Positions 1-14,645 of a DNA stretch of 64,000 nt are shown here, piece after piece (the first letter of the stretch is position 1; every line of letters begins with the position of its first letter). A program made the translations under genes and the position numbers. Source of the DNA: Marsupella aquatica (lineage: Eukaryota > Plantae > Marchantiophyta). The notes below the pieces were generated by a model. That model was not told the origin of the DNA and did no database searches. It saw nothing but the letters and a program-made list of their open reading frames with translations. The stretch is from contig OZ316895.1 of the NCBI GenBank assembly GCA_973895155.1, positions 11,825,919 to 11,889,918 on the forward strand, read 5' to 3'.

Positions 1-1450
1 ACGGAATTTGTAAATCTCACTACTTGAGGAGTAAAGTGAGCTTTAATTCCTTTCTTTCTACTTGTTTGTCAAGCTTGATGGAACTGAAGCCGATTCTTTC
101 CAAAGGGTACGTTCAATTTGGAACCTGCATCCACAGAGTGTCTTAAAATCGTGGAGGAAGCAGTGACAGAAACTCCATCGCTCGAGATACTTTTCATCTG
201 CAATTCTTTGGAAATGTTGTTATCCAATCGGAGTCAGAATGGTGTTCCTAAGAACGCTAACTTTTGTGTGAGCTAACCGAAGTCCGCCAACTTCCCTTCG
301 TTTTGCTTCCTCCAAAATCTAAAAATCTGAAACGAGGTTGACGGTCCGCCAAATCTGCTTTTGGTTCTCGACCAGAGTACATCCTCTGTCGCACCCCTAC
401 TCCTGTAAGATTTAAAATTTAAGCTTTAATCTCTAGTGAATGTGACGGGCGATTGGCATACGTATTTGTGCCTGTACCCTTTGGTTGGGCTCGATCTGTC
501 AAAATATCCAGGGGTTCAAAAGCTTCATCGACTAAAAGTTGTTTCTGATTTCTTCCTCTCCCTGTAACAGATATGTTGGACAATGCTCCTAACAGCATCT
601 CCGACTCTCATTGAAAAAATGTGCTACCTAATCCAGCAAGCTGAATGCAAAAGTGCAGTCCGATGCGTGTACTGGAACGCGAACGCAGAAAGACTAAACA
701 AGGATTTGCTCCACGGAACTGCTAATCTTCATTCTATACAGTCCTTTGTCTAGCCTTTGGGGTTCTAAACAGGATTTTGGGTCGATTAAGATTAAACGAC
801 ACTCCTCGCTTTGTGCTCTGTGGAAACGGATTTTTGGTGGGACAAGAGAGCAATTTTAGCTCGGGAGTAGAAGCAGTGCCTCTTGCTGTTTTGTTGCCCT
901 CAGTTTTGTTCATCGTTTTCGTTGCTGGTAATGCACAGATCTGCACTCTCGCGAATCCTAGATTGCAAATTTCTTGTTTGGAGATCATGTCGCAACCCAA
1001 AGGAGGTAAATTTCAATATCATTGAGATATAGCAGATTGCCCATGTTCTTCTGTGGGAGCTCAACAGAATTCTGATGGATGCTGGATGAAAGTGGAGCAG
1101 TATTTCACCAAGACTACGTCAATGTAGAAAGTACCCAGGTCGTGTGGGAAGAATGTCCTGAAGTCGATAAGGTCCTTGGGATTGAAGTAGGGTCTCATCA
1201 CGATTGTGCGAAGTTCTAGGGCGCCGTGTCCATCGTCTGGGAGTCGAATGTGAGTGGCGCAAGCAAAGGAGGAGAATGACGGCCTTGGTAGAGAGAGCTT
1301 TACGCTTGAAATACTGGCTCAGAGGTGCATGGGGAACAAGAAGGCAAAGGAGTTGGATAAGATTGGGATGTTTTCTTTCAATAGTTGGATTCGGCGTTGG
1401 GTTTTTTTTTTCCCTGCTTTTTCCCCTGCTGGTTTCTTTCCCCATTATTG
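1..1450 (-). pseudogene. Possible decayed ORF of unknown (TE-like) origin
   Basis: Stop- and frameshift-broken protein-like segments on the minus strand (e.g. LELRTIVMRPYFNPKDLIDFRTFFPHDLGTFYIDVVLVKYC). No family recognised. Confidence 0.2.
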
Positions 1451-1843
1451 CCGTTTGCGGAACTCACATGCGACCAAGAATAGCTACTGTTCACTCGTGA
1501 GGCAGCAGCCATGTGGTACTTCACGTGTGAATGCACCCCACCACAGCACCCCATCGCATCGTCATCACATGAGTGGAGCTGAATTAATTGCTGAATTTCA
1601 ATTCAGCTCCTCGACCTTCTCCGTACAGACAGAACCTCGGGTGCATGAACGAGATACTCGGGATCCACGAGGCACGGCGACTGCGTTTCAGCCCTCTACC
1701 CAAATTTCTGACTCATTTCGGTCGTTTAGTCTAGTCTAGTCTTGTCAAGTTCTGGTTGTTTCATGTGTTCTTGCTTCCAGGATCTCTTGTAACAATTTGA
1801 CAACATAATTGAGTGGGCACGTTTGCACACAGTGACGGTGGTT

Positions 1844-1920
1844 TTTCAGTAGCTCGTTTGCCAGTAGTTCGTTTAGCGTGGATCTCGTTTTGCAGTAGCT
1901 CGATTTTCAGTAGTTCATTT
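1844..1920. repeat. Short CAGTAG(C/T)TC repeats
   Basis: Four copies of cagtagctcg/cagtagttc in ~80 bp, resembling subterminal repeats of a DNA transposon. Confidence 0.5.
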
Positions 1921-2954
1921 CTGCCGTCAGGGAGGTCCGGTTTTGCTGGAGTGTTACCATTGTATCACCTGAATTCGACTTCACAATCATAGTTCACACT
2001 ACTCAGTTTTAATGGTGGTGAAGTCCTTTTCAAGACCTGCGTAGGAACTCACGATCTTAAAAAGGGGTGCCAGAGAGTTGTTTGGTCTCACAAGATACTT
2101 GGATCACTGACAATTCTTCTCGCCTGCATTCTGTGTGCGAAGCATGGTAAAGTGTACAATTGGTAGTCATCTGGAAGTGTACAATCATTCACCGACCAAA
2201 AAATGATCTTGTTATTTACTTTGGTTCTATGGTACACCTCCTTGGTTACAGAAGATCGTTTCATTGAGTCTCTCCTTCTAAGGTCAATCTACTACCTAAT
2301 GTGAAATTAGGATCTAGAACTACGTACGCTATGCAGCACGATGTGAAGCGTTTTCTTAAGGTCTTTTCATCACTGCTTTTTCTGCATCTGATTAAATGTG
2401 ACATAATAATGTACAAGAGAGACCCACAGTCATGCCACGTACACACTACCCAGGCAACTTGGTTCCAGTCCGTTTCTCCAACAGGAAGGTAAGGCTATAA
2501 ATGGTCTTGGGTCGCAGAACTGCGTTTCTGGAGTAAGAAGAAATACATGCATTCAACAGAAACAGCAGTATCTCAAATCAACAAACCTATCTGGAATGTC
2601 CTCCTGGCTAAGATTTTCGAACTCCTACACTCTCAACGAGAATTGCTTTGAGAGTTCCCCATTAAATATACACTCATCATCCGCCAGAGACCAATAACTG
2701 GTCGATTTTTAAAAACCTGGTTTTCCTGTACACTGTTCACGGAGGATATCAAACTAAACAAGCAATCCGTCACGATGCAGCCCATTTCATTTTCATCACT
2801 TATAATATCCAGTGCAGTACTAGTCAACAGCCTCCTGTGAGTGGTCGAGTTTGCAAACATAACATCGAGTTGAAAAACACAGGCCCACTCCTCCCGAGGC
2901 CAATAGAGGAGTTCTTCGTTCCATGTGGAAGGCCAATCACTTGGGACCGGCCAG

Positions 2955-5900
2955 TCACTTGGGCTCTACAGGTACCGATGAACCAAATGATACACCACTG
3001 TATTGGAATGATCGATCATCGATTCCCTGCAAATAGTCCGTCTCATAGAGCTCTTTCTGTGGTTCCACTGTAATGTGCACCCCAGAGCTGGGTTGACTCT
3101 GGCCAGCAATAACCTCAAGCTTCTTGACCACTTCGTTCATGGTCGGGCGCCCAGCTGCAACCTCCTCCACACATAGAAGCGCCAAATCCAAAAAGGCTTC
3201 CAGTTGTTTCAAAGGGTAATCTCCAAGTAGAGGGTCCAGCAAAGGTTCCAACCCTCTCATACCGCCCTTGTTCAAAGCCGTTCGCACCTCACGAACAATA
3301 TACCTCCCACGCTCAATCGGTGGCCTGGCAGAGAGCATCTCCAAGAGCACGACTCCAAAACTGTAAACATCGCTTTTCTCTGAAAGCTGGTTTGTCATGT
3401 AATATTCGGGATCAAGATAACCCTGCAGGACAAAAATAGTCCCAATGCAGTTAGCCTTACTGAGAATCAATCTCAGGCTGCTCACATACGAGCCGGAAAG
3501 AGGCACAGTACCTGCCTGTCCATTGACAAGAATGTGGGAGTAAAGTATCATTGACCATTAACTAACTGAACGAGAATAATGCAGGGACGATTGATGGAAG
3601 GGCTGCTCTGCTAAACTATAATTGAGAGAGCCCCATGCCTATGAAATAACGGAAACTCTAGTTGCAGTTCCCTCCTGAACGAAAGGGAATTTTGCAAAGA
3701 TGTTCCCAGTCACAGTTCCGTCACAGCATTCAGACTCATTCTATGGCAGTGCTTAGAATGAAAGAGACCGCTGCAGTCCTAATCCTTATAAGCATTTATT
3801 TTGGGTCTGTTAGTCCAAGTAAGGAAGAGGTGAGAGTTCCTACCAAAGTTCCTTTCACTTGAGTGGAGACATGGTCCTTGTTTGCCGCACCCGGTGCCAG
3901 CTTTGAAAGACCGAAATCAGCGACTTTGGCTGTCATCGTCTCGTCCCAATCCAATAGTATATTTCCCGATTTGATGTCCCGATGAATTATGGGGGGATTC
4001 GCAAGCTCATGGAGGTAGGTCAGTCCTTTTGCTGATCCGAGTGCAATAGCAACTCTCATGTCCCAACTGAGAGGTTTCTCAAAGTGGCCTGAAGGTGGTT
4101 TAAATCACGGGTTCAGTCAATGCTTAGGCATCAAATGCAACAAAACAAACGAAGGGAGACTCTTGTCCCACAATTTCGTACGCTCTGACATAAGAGATTA
4201 AGGGGTTATCCAGAACGAGAAACAGTCAGCAATAATCTGACTACTCACCGAGCAGATGCTCACGCAGAGTTCCATTGGGAATGAACTCATAGACAAGCGC
4301 TTGCTCTCCACTTTCGTAGCAGAAACCAACGAGAGCAACGAGGTTCCGATGGTGCACCCGCGACAAGAGTTCAATCTCATTCTTGAATTCTACAGCTCCC
4401 TGGACAGAGCTCTGATCAGCCCTTTTCACAGCTACCAATTTCCCGTTCGCTAACTCACCTCTGTAGACCTGCAAATATATTTCACAACATGGCTCAAGTC
4501 AAGAAAGAAAAATGGAAAACATAATATAAAACTTGATAAAGTGTATTATGATAAATCATTAGACGAGATACCACAGAACTGATCTGCATAGGACGGTGAG
4601 CAAGCAATTTAAATACGTCGACCCACCTTGCCATATCCACCAGCGCCAATTTCATTATCTTCACTAAAATTATCGGTAGCCTTTTTCAGCTCGGCCAAAG
4701 AGAACCACCTTGCACCCTTCAACTCTGGAGCCTCGCCACTCTCTTTTGTCGTAGTGCCCCACGAGGCTGCACATTTTCATGCAGGAGGTAGAATGGTCAG
4801 GAGACATGATGGATCCGTTCATGGCAATAACAAAAAGAGACACATGGACTTTTCACCACTGTTGTGTACGAAAGCAACAAAAGTGACCCCTAACAGAGAG
4901 TAGCCACCGGCATGGGCGAAACTTACCGAATGGCCTGCTGACTTCTGCCTTGTCTGCTCTCTTCTTCTGTCTTATGGCATACAGTGCGATAAGCGCAATA
5001 ATCACGGCAACGACAATGACGGCCACAACTACGCCAACGATGAGTCCAATTGAAGTTGTGCTCTTACCACTCTCAGACGCTGCAATACAAAGCATGGGTA
5101 TTAGACTCGGACCTCAAGATCACCCCGCCCCAAAGCCTCACAAGCACCGCATCAGGTCAAGCTTGACAGAAAGCCAAAATCTCCCCGGAACTAATCTCAC
5201 TCCGCATTTCAAAGCACCATTTACCATCGTGAAGCTTCAAAATTGTCATAGTGGGTGCGTGCATTCACATGGTTCAAAGCTTGTCCAGACACATGGAAAT
5301 GGAGATCAGGGTACTGAAGAAGCTGTCATTGGAAAACTTTCATGGAAACTAGACTCTAAAGCAGATGTCAAAGAATATAACATCGTGTTTCACTTACACC
5401 TCGGTCTCAACAATTGATCATCATCCATGGATCATATCAACTCATATCCGTGCTGAACAATTAGCTAACTTATGACTGATCGATTTCAAACTGAGAAACG
5501 AAAGTGTAGGAACGGAGTGTAGGTTACGTACAAGGAAGCGGCAAGGAAACATTCCGCATAATGTAAGGTCCTTCGCTCAGTGAGAAAATTAGGCCGCTCA
5601 GTGTGTTCACGATAACGTTGATTTGTGTGGTGTTCAAGGAATTTCCGGACAAAGGGAAGAAGGCAACGTCGAACAGCATCCGGCCGGCGTCGGTGAAATT
5701 CGCAGATTCAATGACCACTTGCCTGTCGTCCGAGATTGCTCCTAACGGTTTCAAGTGAGCGGCCAGCTCGTTACTAAGGCTTGTTACCATGCTGGTGTTG
5801 ATGCTCCTAAAAACAGGTTGAGTAAGTTGCATGTGGCACACCAGGGCGAAGGCACAGCTGCAAAGGCTGGGATTGAGGGTTTGTCCTCCACCGCACGACA

Positions 5901-8900
5901 AACTGCAAGCGGGACTGCCAGGGTTGGTCCAAGAAGAAGGCTGCGCCACAATCGTGTGCTGGCAAACTGGCGAAGCGGAGTAAAGGGTATTGAGACATAG
6001 CGGATTTCCGAAAAGCCTGCAAACGGATACCACGATGAATCAGGATAGATGAATATTTAGCCAAATTGCATGATTTCGCTGCAGTTTTCTCAGACAGCAT
6101 GTATTGAAAGTCTGCTCTGCCCACCAACAAGCATTTCAGGCACTGAGAGGAACACATTGAACACCTCACTTGTCCAAAATCACTGTCGGACACTTCCTTA
6201 CCGAAGACCATGGACTGCACTGCCACCGGCGACATCTGTGAATTGATTGTATTCCAAGCTTATATTAGCAAGGGTGGTGGAAGGGCTGGAGAATACAACT
6301 TGTCCCGACAACGAATTATTACTCAAATCCCTGCAGAATCGCAAACGAGTTTCCAAAGCAGAACAAGTGAGTTCACGAATTAACAGCACAATTCCTCCAC
6401 GAGGGGAATGCATTATAGACAGTTGGCGAAGAAGGGTTACAGATTCATACATCAACCAGCGCTATCACCTTGCCAAGGAAATGCAGATGGGAGATTCACC
6501 TACCCGATCCACTATTTAAGGTCCCTCCTGCAATTCGCAGGAACCAATGAAGCGGCACTAGAAAGACCATAGGCAGAGGAATAGCCATGGATAGATGGAG
6601 ATGACTTACACTGTCATAATATTTGGTAGACTGAAAATACTTGAATTCAATGATCCATTGAAGTTACAGGAAGGCATGGCTCTGCACAATCAAATCAACG
6701 AGCTGAGTTTACCAGCAACGGATAGAGGGAATTACGTCAGATGGAGAAAGCAAATCATAAATCATACAGTGAAATGAATAGCACTAATGGTCATCTTTGA
6801 GAGGAACTCACACTGTTAAAGCGGAATTCAACGAGTAAGTCCACGCTGGAATTTCATGCATGTCGAACGAATTGTAGCCCACATCCCTGGATCGATAACA
6901 CCCTCAAATCTATCAGAAACCCTCTTCAAAACTCGTCCAATCTCTTCGTACATAAAAAGAGGGTCGCAGCCACAACACAATTATTTGCTAGTCCACGAGC
7001 TCTACCAGAAAATTCAACAAAACATTCCAGTATAAACAGAAGGAGGTCCTACTTCTTCAAAAACTTGTAGATCACACCGCAAGTCAGACGGTTGACGGAT
7101 TGAAAGGATGCTCGACAGATTGAACTTACAGTAGTTGCAGGGCAGTCAGCGATGACAGATTTGGCAAGCTTTGAGTAAAACTGTTGCCGTTCAGGTGCCT
7201 GCAGGTGAGCAGATAAGGTACAAGTCAGACTTACGTGAACAATAACTACTTAGTTTTCCACGCAAGGTGAAAGCATGGGCACACAAGAGAGCCTGTTCCA
7301 AAGTCTCGAAAGCACAATTGGTTGAGGCCTGACATGATTAAAGAAAAAAATCAAATTGACTTGACCAGACAGAAACAGGCAACACTCACAGTTCTGTGAG
7401 GTTTGTCATTTGATTCAATTGCGAAGGTAGTTGACCACTTAGGAGATTATTATCGAGACTCCTGCGATGTGCCAGAATCGATTAAGGTCAGCAAATCAAT
7501 AGTTCTCGAACATAATTGTCAACCATACTCCACAAGAGAGAAATCCAAACTCACGGCGACTCCTTCCACAAAATTCAAGACAGGTAAGGACTTACAAGAT
7601 CCTCAAACTCTTGGCATTAGCTAAAGTGTCACCGGGAATGGAGCCAGTCAACTTGTTGAAACTCAGCAACCTGCAGTGACATTTGCACAGTGGTTAGCCC
7701 AGGGTGATTTGTAATGTTTCCAGTCCATTCATTTGGGAACATTCAAACTTAACATACTTCGAACACAAGGTGAGGAACAGACGGTGGAGAAGCCAGAGGG
7801 GCCATACAAGTGAAGGAGCTTAGGCAGATTGAAAAGCTCTTTGCGAAGGGGACCCCCGATGGAGTTGTTGTAGAAATGGCTGCAAAACATCAACAAACAA
7901 GCCCAGCAATCGTTAGCCCAGTCTTTCTGGGTAGTATTGATGTGAACATTTTTGTATATACGTCGAAGTCATCGTCCCGACAAAACAGAAATGGCACTCC
8001 AGCATATGTATGCCAACACAAGCGATGGGGAATCGTTAAAGCAGACTCGGTTGGTCACTGGACTGTGGCGTGTATATACTCACAAATGCAAGCAAGAAGT
8101 GAGATTATCAACACCAAGAAGTCCTGTCGTAGCAATTGGTATACTGGTGATCTGGTTCTCTGAGATGTCAAACCAAGTCATTTTCTGAAGGTTCCCGATG
8201 GTATCCGGAACTGCACCCGTCAAAAAATTCTGATTCAACTCTCTGAAATGGGTCCAGCACACACAACAAGAAGGATCAGACATCAAAATTTATGGTTGTT
8301 AGCCGGCCATGAAAACTTCACAAAAAAGTGAGCAACGAGAGAGGGAACTCTTGAGCAATTATCACTTTGAAGTTAAAAGTGAAGGGCTCTGGCGAGATCT
8401 TACAAGAAGTCAAGACTCACAAGGCTGCCCAACTCTGGAGGAATTACTCCGGTGATCCCACAGTCAATAAGAGCCCTATAGCACGCCAATAGAACGAGTC
8501 AAAAGTCAAACTTGAAGCATGAGGTACCACTAACAAGAAAAGCTTCCTGACAACAAGTTACATCTTCGACTGAAATACTTTGCAGTTAGGCAGAGAACCT
8601 CAAGGACATTCATCGTCACAAACAGAGCCCGGCTTTGTTTAGCTTACAAGTGAATGAGCGATGTCAACTTGCCCAGCTGCGGCGGTATACTTTTTCCCAA
8701 TAGTGGATTGAATGACAAATCCCTGCGAGATTTGACCCACGCCATGTATCATCAGATTCGCTACAGAGCTCATCGATATGCTACAAACGACCACCCTCTA
8801 GCGATCGCTGAATCGTACAAGTGGCTGTGCAATTACTTGAGTCCAACTTTCTCAGGCATCAAAAGGGCAGGTCACTCTTTCTACACAATGAAAGTTTCAC

Positions 8901-10451
8901 TTACAGATACGTAAGGTCGGTGAGATCACCCATGGCTGCCGGTATTCCTCCCGTGAGATTATAACTATTCAACCTCCTGTGGAATGAGACAGATAAACTC
9001 TGTTACTACCCCAAATTTCTAGATATACTCAACATATATATCACAGAAGATTATGGGGAGATGGAGAAAACTTGAAACGGCGAATGTGCTCACAGATTCA
9101 CGACACGGGTAGACGTTCCGTCGCATGTTACTCCTATCCAAGGGCTCTGATTGCTTCCACAAGGGTCATTTCCGACCCAATTCGTTGGCAGGGAGTTTCC
9201 TGGACGATTCACCCAACTCGCGCGCAAGGTTTCCATCGCCTGGGCTGCATAATTAAGCAACGAGATTGAATTGTGTCAGCTCAGTTGTAGACCATCGACC
9301 TAGGAGACAAAGTACAGCTTCCAAGTTGATCTTCAAAAGTGGCCGAAGCCATCTGGTGTAACCTTTAGGATTGATAATAAGAATTGAAGACCAGAAGACC
9401 AACTGTGGTCAAAATACTTATGGTGGCAACCAACCCATGCCCAAGGCCATAAAAAACAGAAATGCGCAAGTCACTTCCTTTGCCGCTGTCAGTGGTAAAG
9501 AAAACGATACTGCAAGCTTGAGATATGCATCACCAACGGACAACGTAGCCTGGGTCTGTATCCTTAGGAAGAAACACTTCCACGCCTGCCTCATTCTACT
9601 CTTGCAAGAGTAATATGACGCTGATTTGGAGGACAAGAGTTTCCAGCATGCGCGTTGACAACCACGATCCACATGGACCACATCATTGGACAGCTCATAC
9701 ACGAAATGGATAGTACGATGTGGTATGATCCTTGTCAGCGATCTCTCCACAGACGACCGGGAAAAGGAACATTCAACTCTGCGAAGACTTGTTTTACCTT
9801 ACTGCAAAGGCTGCAAAGGTTGTTGCAAAGAAGTCAAAACGAACTCCCAGGAGTTCACTTCTATTAAAGGCATACGGATGGATTAAGAATGTGGATGGCA
9901 AGAGTGGTGTAATGGGACTCCATCTAAATGTTTACTTTTCAAGTGAGAGAGCTTCAGCTGACCTTGTCTTGATTCAGATCCGATCATAAAACAGTAACCG
10001 CATCACTTGGTATACTGCCATTCAAAGACTAATGAAGCTGGATAAGGTCAGCACATTCTAACAGAGAATAGATGCATCGACTGGAATGAATAACGTCGCC
10101 CGGCAACAGGAGAAGGAGAAGGAGAAGCAGAGCTAATCGGCAGCTCGAAGAAGGGTTATAACAAGTTCATGAGCTGAACACCAGATCGTAACTTGCCGTC
10201 GAGTGTACGTACCGACTACCCAGACGACGTAACTTTGACTGAGTAGTTGAGAGAAGGAGAAAGCGAGTCCAGTCCATGACTGTCGTGTGCTTAACTGAAG
10301 CGGAAAGACTACATTGAAAGCGGTGGCATACGGGTCACGTACCATCATTTAGGTTGGTTAAGGCAGCTACTTGCCAGGGAGCCTCCTTCAAGAGGCAGAC
10401 AAAGAGAAATGCCCAAAGCGTCAGCAACTTTCTTCCCTTGCTCCCCATCAT
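2955..10451 (-). CDS. LRR receptor-like kinase, LRR-VIII-1 (HPCA1/CARD1-like), about 19 exons
   Basis: Signal-peptide exon 10451-10343 ([21 protein letters not shown]...ALTNLND) splices in phase to an LRRNT exon (WVGNDPCG...WIGVTC). It is followed by many ~72-nt LRR exons, a Cys-rich exon (~6017-5531), a TM exon ([25 protein letters not shown]) and kinase exons with [17 protein letters not shown] and GYLDPEYY. Junctions checked were GT-AG; stop at 2955. Confidence 0.92.
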
Positions 10452-13400
10452 AATGGTACTGCTCCCTTGCTCCCCTCCTCCAATCCAGCAAATATCTCAC
10501 AGCCCGTCGGATTGCTAGCTCGGTCCAGCACTGTCCATGGAAATGAACTGACCTGAAGCCTGCCTCTCCCTGATCGATGCTCTAGATAACTTCCCTCCGT
10601 CCCTACCTACTAAGGCCAGACATCTCCTCCGCCGTTATCTGCAACTCTTAACGGTAATCTTATCGACTAAGTGCAACCCAAATGCACTCATTTCTCATCC
10701 TGAACGTATATCACTCCTTGTTCAATCCTTCCCATGTCACGTCGATCAAGTCCTGTTCTAGCGCCTCACTGCGAGTTCAATCCAATCCAATCCAACAAAA
10801 TCAAAGTCAATCCAGTGGAGTACAGTCCATTCCAGCCTAGGCCACTACACAATGAAACCCAACTGTGATCGCTTCCTTGTTAGATTTCCCATGCTGTGCT
10901 GCTGCTGGGTCCGCTCTCCTCCTCCCTCCCCGTCATCTGATCAATCGTCTTGACGCATTGTCCAACTGTTCAATTCCTGCTGACTGCCTACACCCAACAG
11001 CGCACAGGTCAACCACTGCGGATTCTCCAAAGACAATCTCCAAGCCCACTTCTCGTCACTCACTTCTGATGCGGGTTCTCCAACGACAATCTCCAACGCC
11101 ACCTCTCTTCACTCACTTCATGGACAGCGTCGTACAATCTATGTACTCATTTGCTTGTCTGAATGCGCCTTCTCCTCCTGCATCTCCTCCTTGCTCTCCT
11201 CAGCCTTCGGCAGCATGCCCCCAACGCAGCCTCCCAGTACGCGCTCGCTCGACACCAATCACATTTTGTACTCTCCCGTTTGTCTCCCCTTCATGGACTT
11301 CGAATGCCCATCTCTCGTGAACATTGCAAACGCACCAAACAGTGAGTTGACTGTACTCGTTTCCTAGTCGACGAGAAATCACGATATAGCGATACACTGT
11401 CGCATAGATAGCGAATTCTCTGCCGAGTCCGTTTCAACACCGCGAAGACAATCCACGAAGTGGAAAACGACATCCGGTCCGAAATCGCGAAGCGACCGGT
11501 TCCAAAATGACGGACGCATGCGCGATCGCGAAACAGACCGGTTCCAACTCTGCCCGGTCCGGTCATGTCCGGTCAGGAGTCAACAGGGCGGCCCGTCGTT
11601 GCTGGCCAAGCTTTTAATGCCCACAAAATATTCAATTCACTCGTCCAGTCCAGTCATCCCCGCCGTCTATAAATATGTACTGCTGATCAGTTTACCGTCA
11701 AGACTAGAATATCACGTGAAAAATTCCGAGCTGGACAAGTGCCCGCTACCTGCCCGCTTGGATGGTATGATCCGGAGTCCGACGTTTTCGTGTGTCCTCC
11801 CCGGGCGCTCCGGGCAATACCACGGTCATCAGCTAACGGACTGCAAACCCGTCCAGTCCTGTTCACGTAAAAAAACAAAGCGGTCTGTCGTGTTTGCTCC
11901 TTGGCTATTACTATGAAATCTTGGGGTTGGGATCGACCGTGCTTGTTTAATTAATGGCTGCGTACCACTGACTTGTAGTGCGGTCAAGTTGGAGGCAAGT
12001 TGGAGAAGAGTCTTGCATAATAAAAGCCCAACTTGCATGTTGGCAGCCCTTTCTTTTCTTACACCGTAAAGGTATGTCGAGAGCTCTTGCCTGACTGCAT
12101 GTATAGTGGAAAATTTCTACGCTTAATCTATGGCTTTTTCCACAAAACTTGGCATGAAATGAAGAAAGCCACAGCCCACATGAAAGATAACATTTGGGTC
12201 ACGACGTTTTTGGCATGCAAACAGGCACCAACAGATAGAATAGACCTACAAATAGGTCTACAGTTTGAACATATTCTTCCATGCCAGGTAGGGCACCCAC
12301 GTCCTTGCCAGCCGGGTACCAACCAAAAAAAGAAGAAGCAACGTTTGGCCTGACATAGGACCATAAATTTTCACTTCAGTGGACCGGAGGTCGTCTACAT
12401 CCCTGTTGACCAGTTCTCGTGTCTGTACCTAAAAATTCCCCTCGTGTTGTCATCCGCTAACGACAAACATCGTAGGGACGGTGTTGGCCAGCGTATTTTT
12501 TAAAGATTTTACTCTTTCGCCATAGTGGCAGGTAGAGTAAAATCTTAAAATCTCTAATTTAATTATTTTCATGACCGTCAGATTTCCCTAGATTTAAGGC
12601 TGACCATTAGATTCTGGCTAATGGGACCTGAAATTAGATGGAACACTGGCTAATGAGACAAAAAAGTAGTAACTAATATTATTATTGGAGACACAATGAT
12701 ATGGGACCTTTGAGAAGAGTAGAGTCTACCTTGTCTAAGTGTCCAGGAACCACACCAAGGTTGCATTTATCCAGGTTATGCATTATGTTATAAGTGCAAT
12801 TGAATATATTCATGCACTGATTCATATGTGCATGGGAAATTCTACGTACTTACTTACATGTACAACAAACCTCATGCCCTGAGCCTGCTTAGTGCACAAT
12901 TGAACTGGTTAAGTGCCTGAAACTACTTTACTGAATTGTCTCTTAGACTATCAATAAAATTTTCTCACGTGTGTGTATCTCAGTAGTTGATAAATGCATG
13001 TGTACACTAAAGTTTATGAGAAAAAATGTGCTCATTCTGGTGCCCCTCATTTCCCCCACTTTCATGACCAGAGAGGGTTTGCTTGGATGAATTAAGAGTC
13101 TTCAATGGTCCACAACCAAATATATTGGGCACACCATCATTCTCATAACCCATATGAGCCAATTAAATTAGCTGCCTGACTAGCCTTTTTAACTCAATAG
13201 ATAAATAGAGGTTACTATAAGCAAGGCATTACAACAAAATATGCTCCACTATTCAGTCTCATCCATGATTCCTACTCCTACACCCCACGGCACGTTAAAT
13301 TTACGTCAGCAGCACATCAAAACATAAACCAAGACACATGTAGTTCAAATTACTCCTGTAAATTATAAATATAATATATTGATTTATGTTCTAATCTACA

Positions 13401-14029
13401 GACCCTATTAACTTGGGATAGATTTTAACACGCGGTCCACACCCACTTGCCAACACCCCCACTTGCCAATACACTGTTAAAAATTTGGTGGTAGATTAGT
13501 AATTTTGATTTATTTGAGAGCCAGTGAATAAAAAAACTCAAACGAAAAGAACCTTCAGAAATTTCCTTGGCTATGGCCCGCTCACAAATTCACAACATAC
13601 CTTCGAAAATGATCTTTAGCCGCATTTTTTGGGCCACGAGCATTTGCTATATCTGGGCAGTTAGCAAAAAGATCTGGTGGGTCCCACTTCCTGGAAATGG
13701 TCGCTCAGAATAGAATATAGATGGTGCAACTCGTGTACTGTAGGTTGCGTAGATAGGGCGACATGCCACGCGCAGTAGAGTGATGTCCGTCAGCCTGAGA
13801 GGGCACGCCGGCACGAGGCTGCTGCCCCATACAGTAAACTGCATCTCCCGGTCATCCGGTACAAATGAATGAACGGGTAGCATTCTCCTCTCGCTTCGGG
13901 CACCCACTTAGCCACATTTAATGTGTTGGCGAGTTTCTTTTTGTGTAAAACAGACCTTCGGAAAAACGAGAACAAGGGCCGTCTTGCGTGTGTGGTCGTC
14001 TTGCAAATATAAAATGATCAGGTGGCATC

Positions 14030-14645
14030 TTTGGACTCCGTCAGAGTTTAGTCAGTTTATTTCATCAAAATTTGGCACCATGTTCTCTGATGTCCAATCT
14101 ATCATCTCACAAAGTAATCTTGCTAATATAAAATGATCAGGTGACATCAATCTATCATCTCACAAAGTCATCTTGCTAATATAGAATGATCAGGTGACAT
14201 GTTTGGACTCAGTCAGAGTTTAGTCAGTTTGTTTCATCTCTTGTCCAATCTATCATCTCACAAAGCTTGAGATTTTTCTGAGATCATTTATTATGTTTTC
14301 AACTAGCCCCAAAATGATCAAATGTTATAAGCTAATTGCCTCATCACTTTTGTGAAAAAATGCCCTAAGTAATTTGGGCATGAGCAACAAATTACCATTT
14401 TGGGAAATACAGTTTTGGTTTGTGAAGAACACCCTGAGTAGTTTGTGCATGAGGAGAGACAGTTTGCGCATGAGGAGCGACTTGTCACCGCGTGAACTAA
14501 ATAAAACTGGCTGCATACGGAGCCAATTCCCAGGTTAGATTGCAGTCAAAACCGTAAAAGTGCCACCAAAATAGTGGACAATATGCGCAAGTCCATCCAA
14601 TCTTTGCAAATGCATTGGAGTTTAGCAGCAAACCCCTAGGTCCAT
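14030..14645. mobile_element. Non-autonomous dispersed repeat (MITE-like), copy A, with internal tandem duplications
   Basis: 14030-14455 aligns in reverse complement to ~28915-29175. Both copies carry an AAACCC(C)TAGGTCC end motif. Internal duplications of tctatcatctcacaaag and ggactc.gtcagagtttagtcagttt. Confidence 0.6.

Noticed and set aside
11775-11840. Minus-strand CTGATGA...GAAA hammerhead candidate
   Set aside because: Stems II and I are out of register with the catalytic core.
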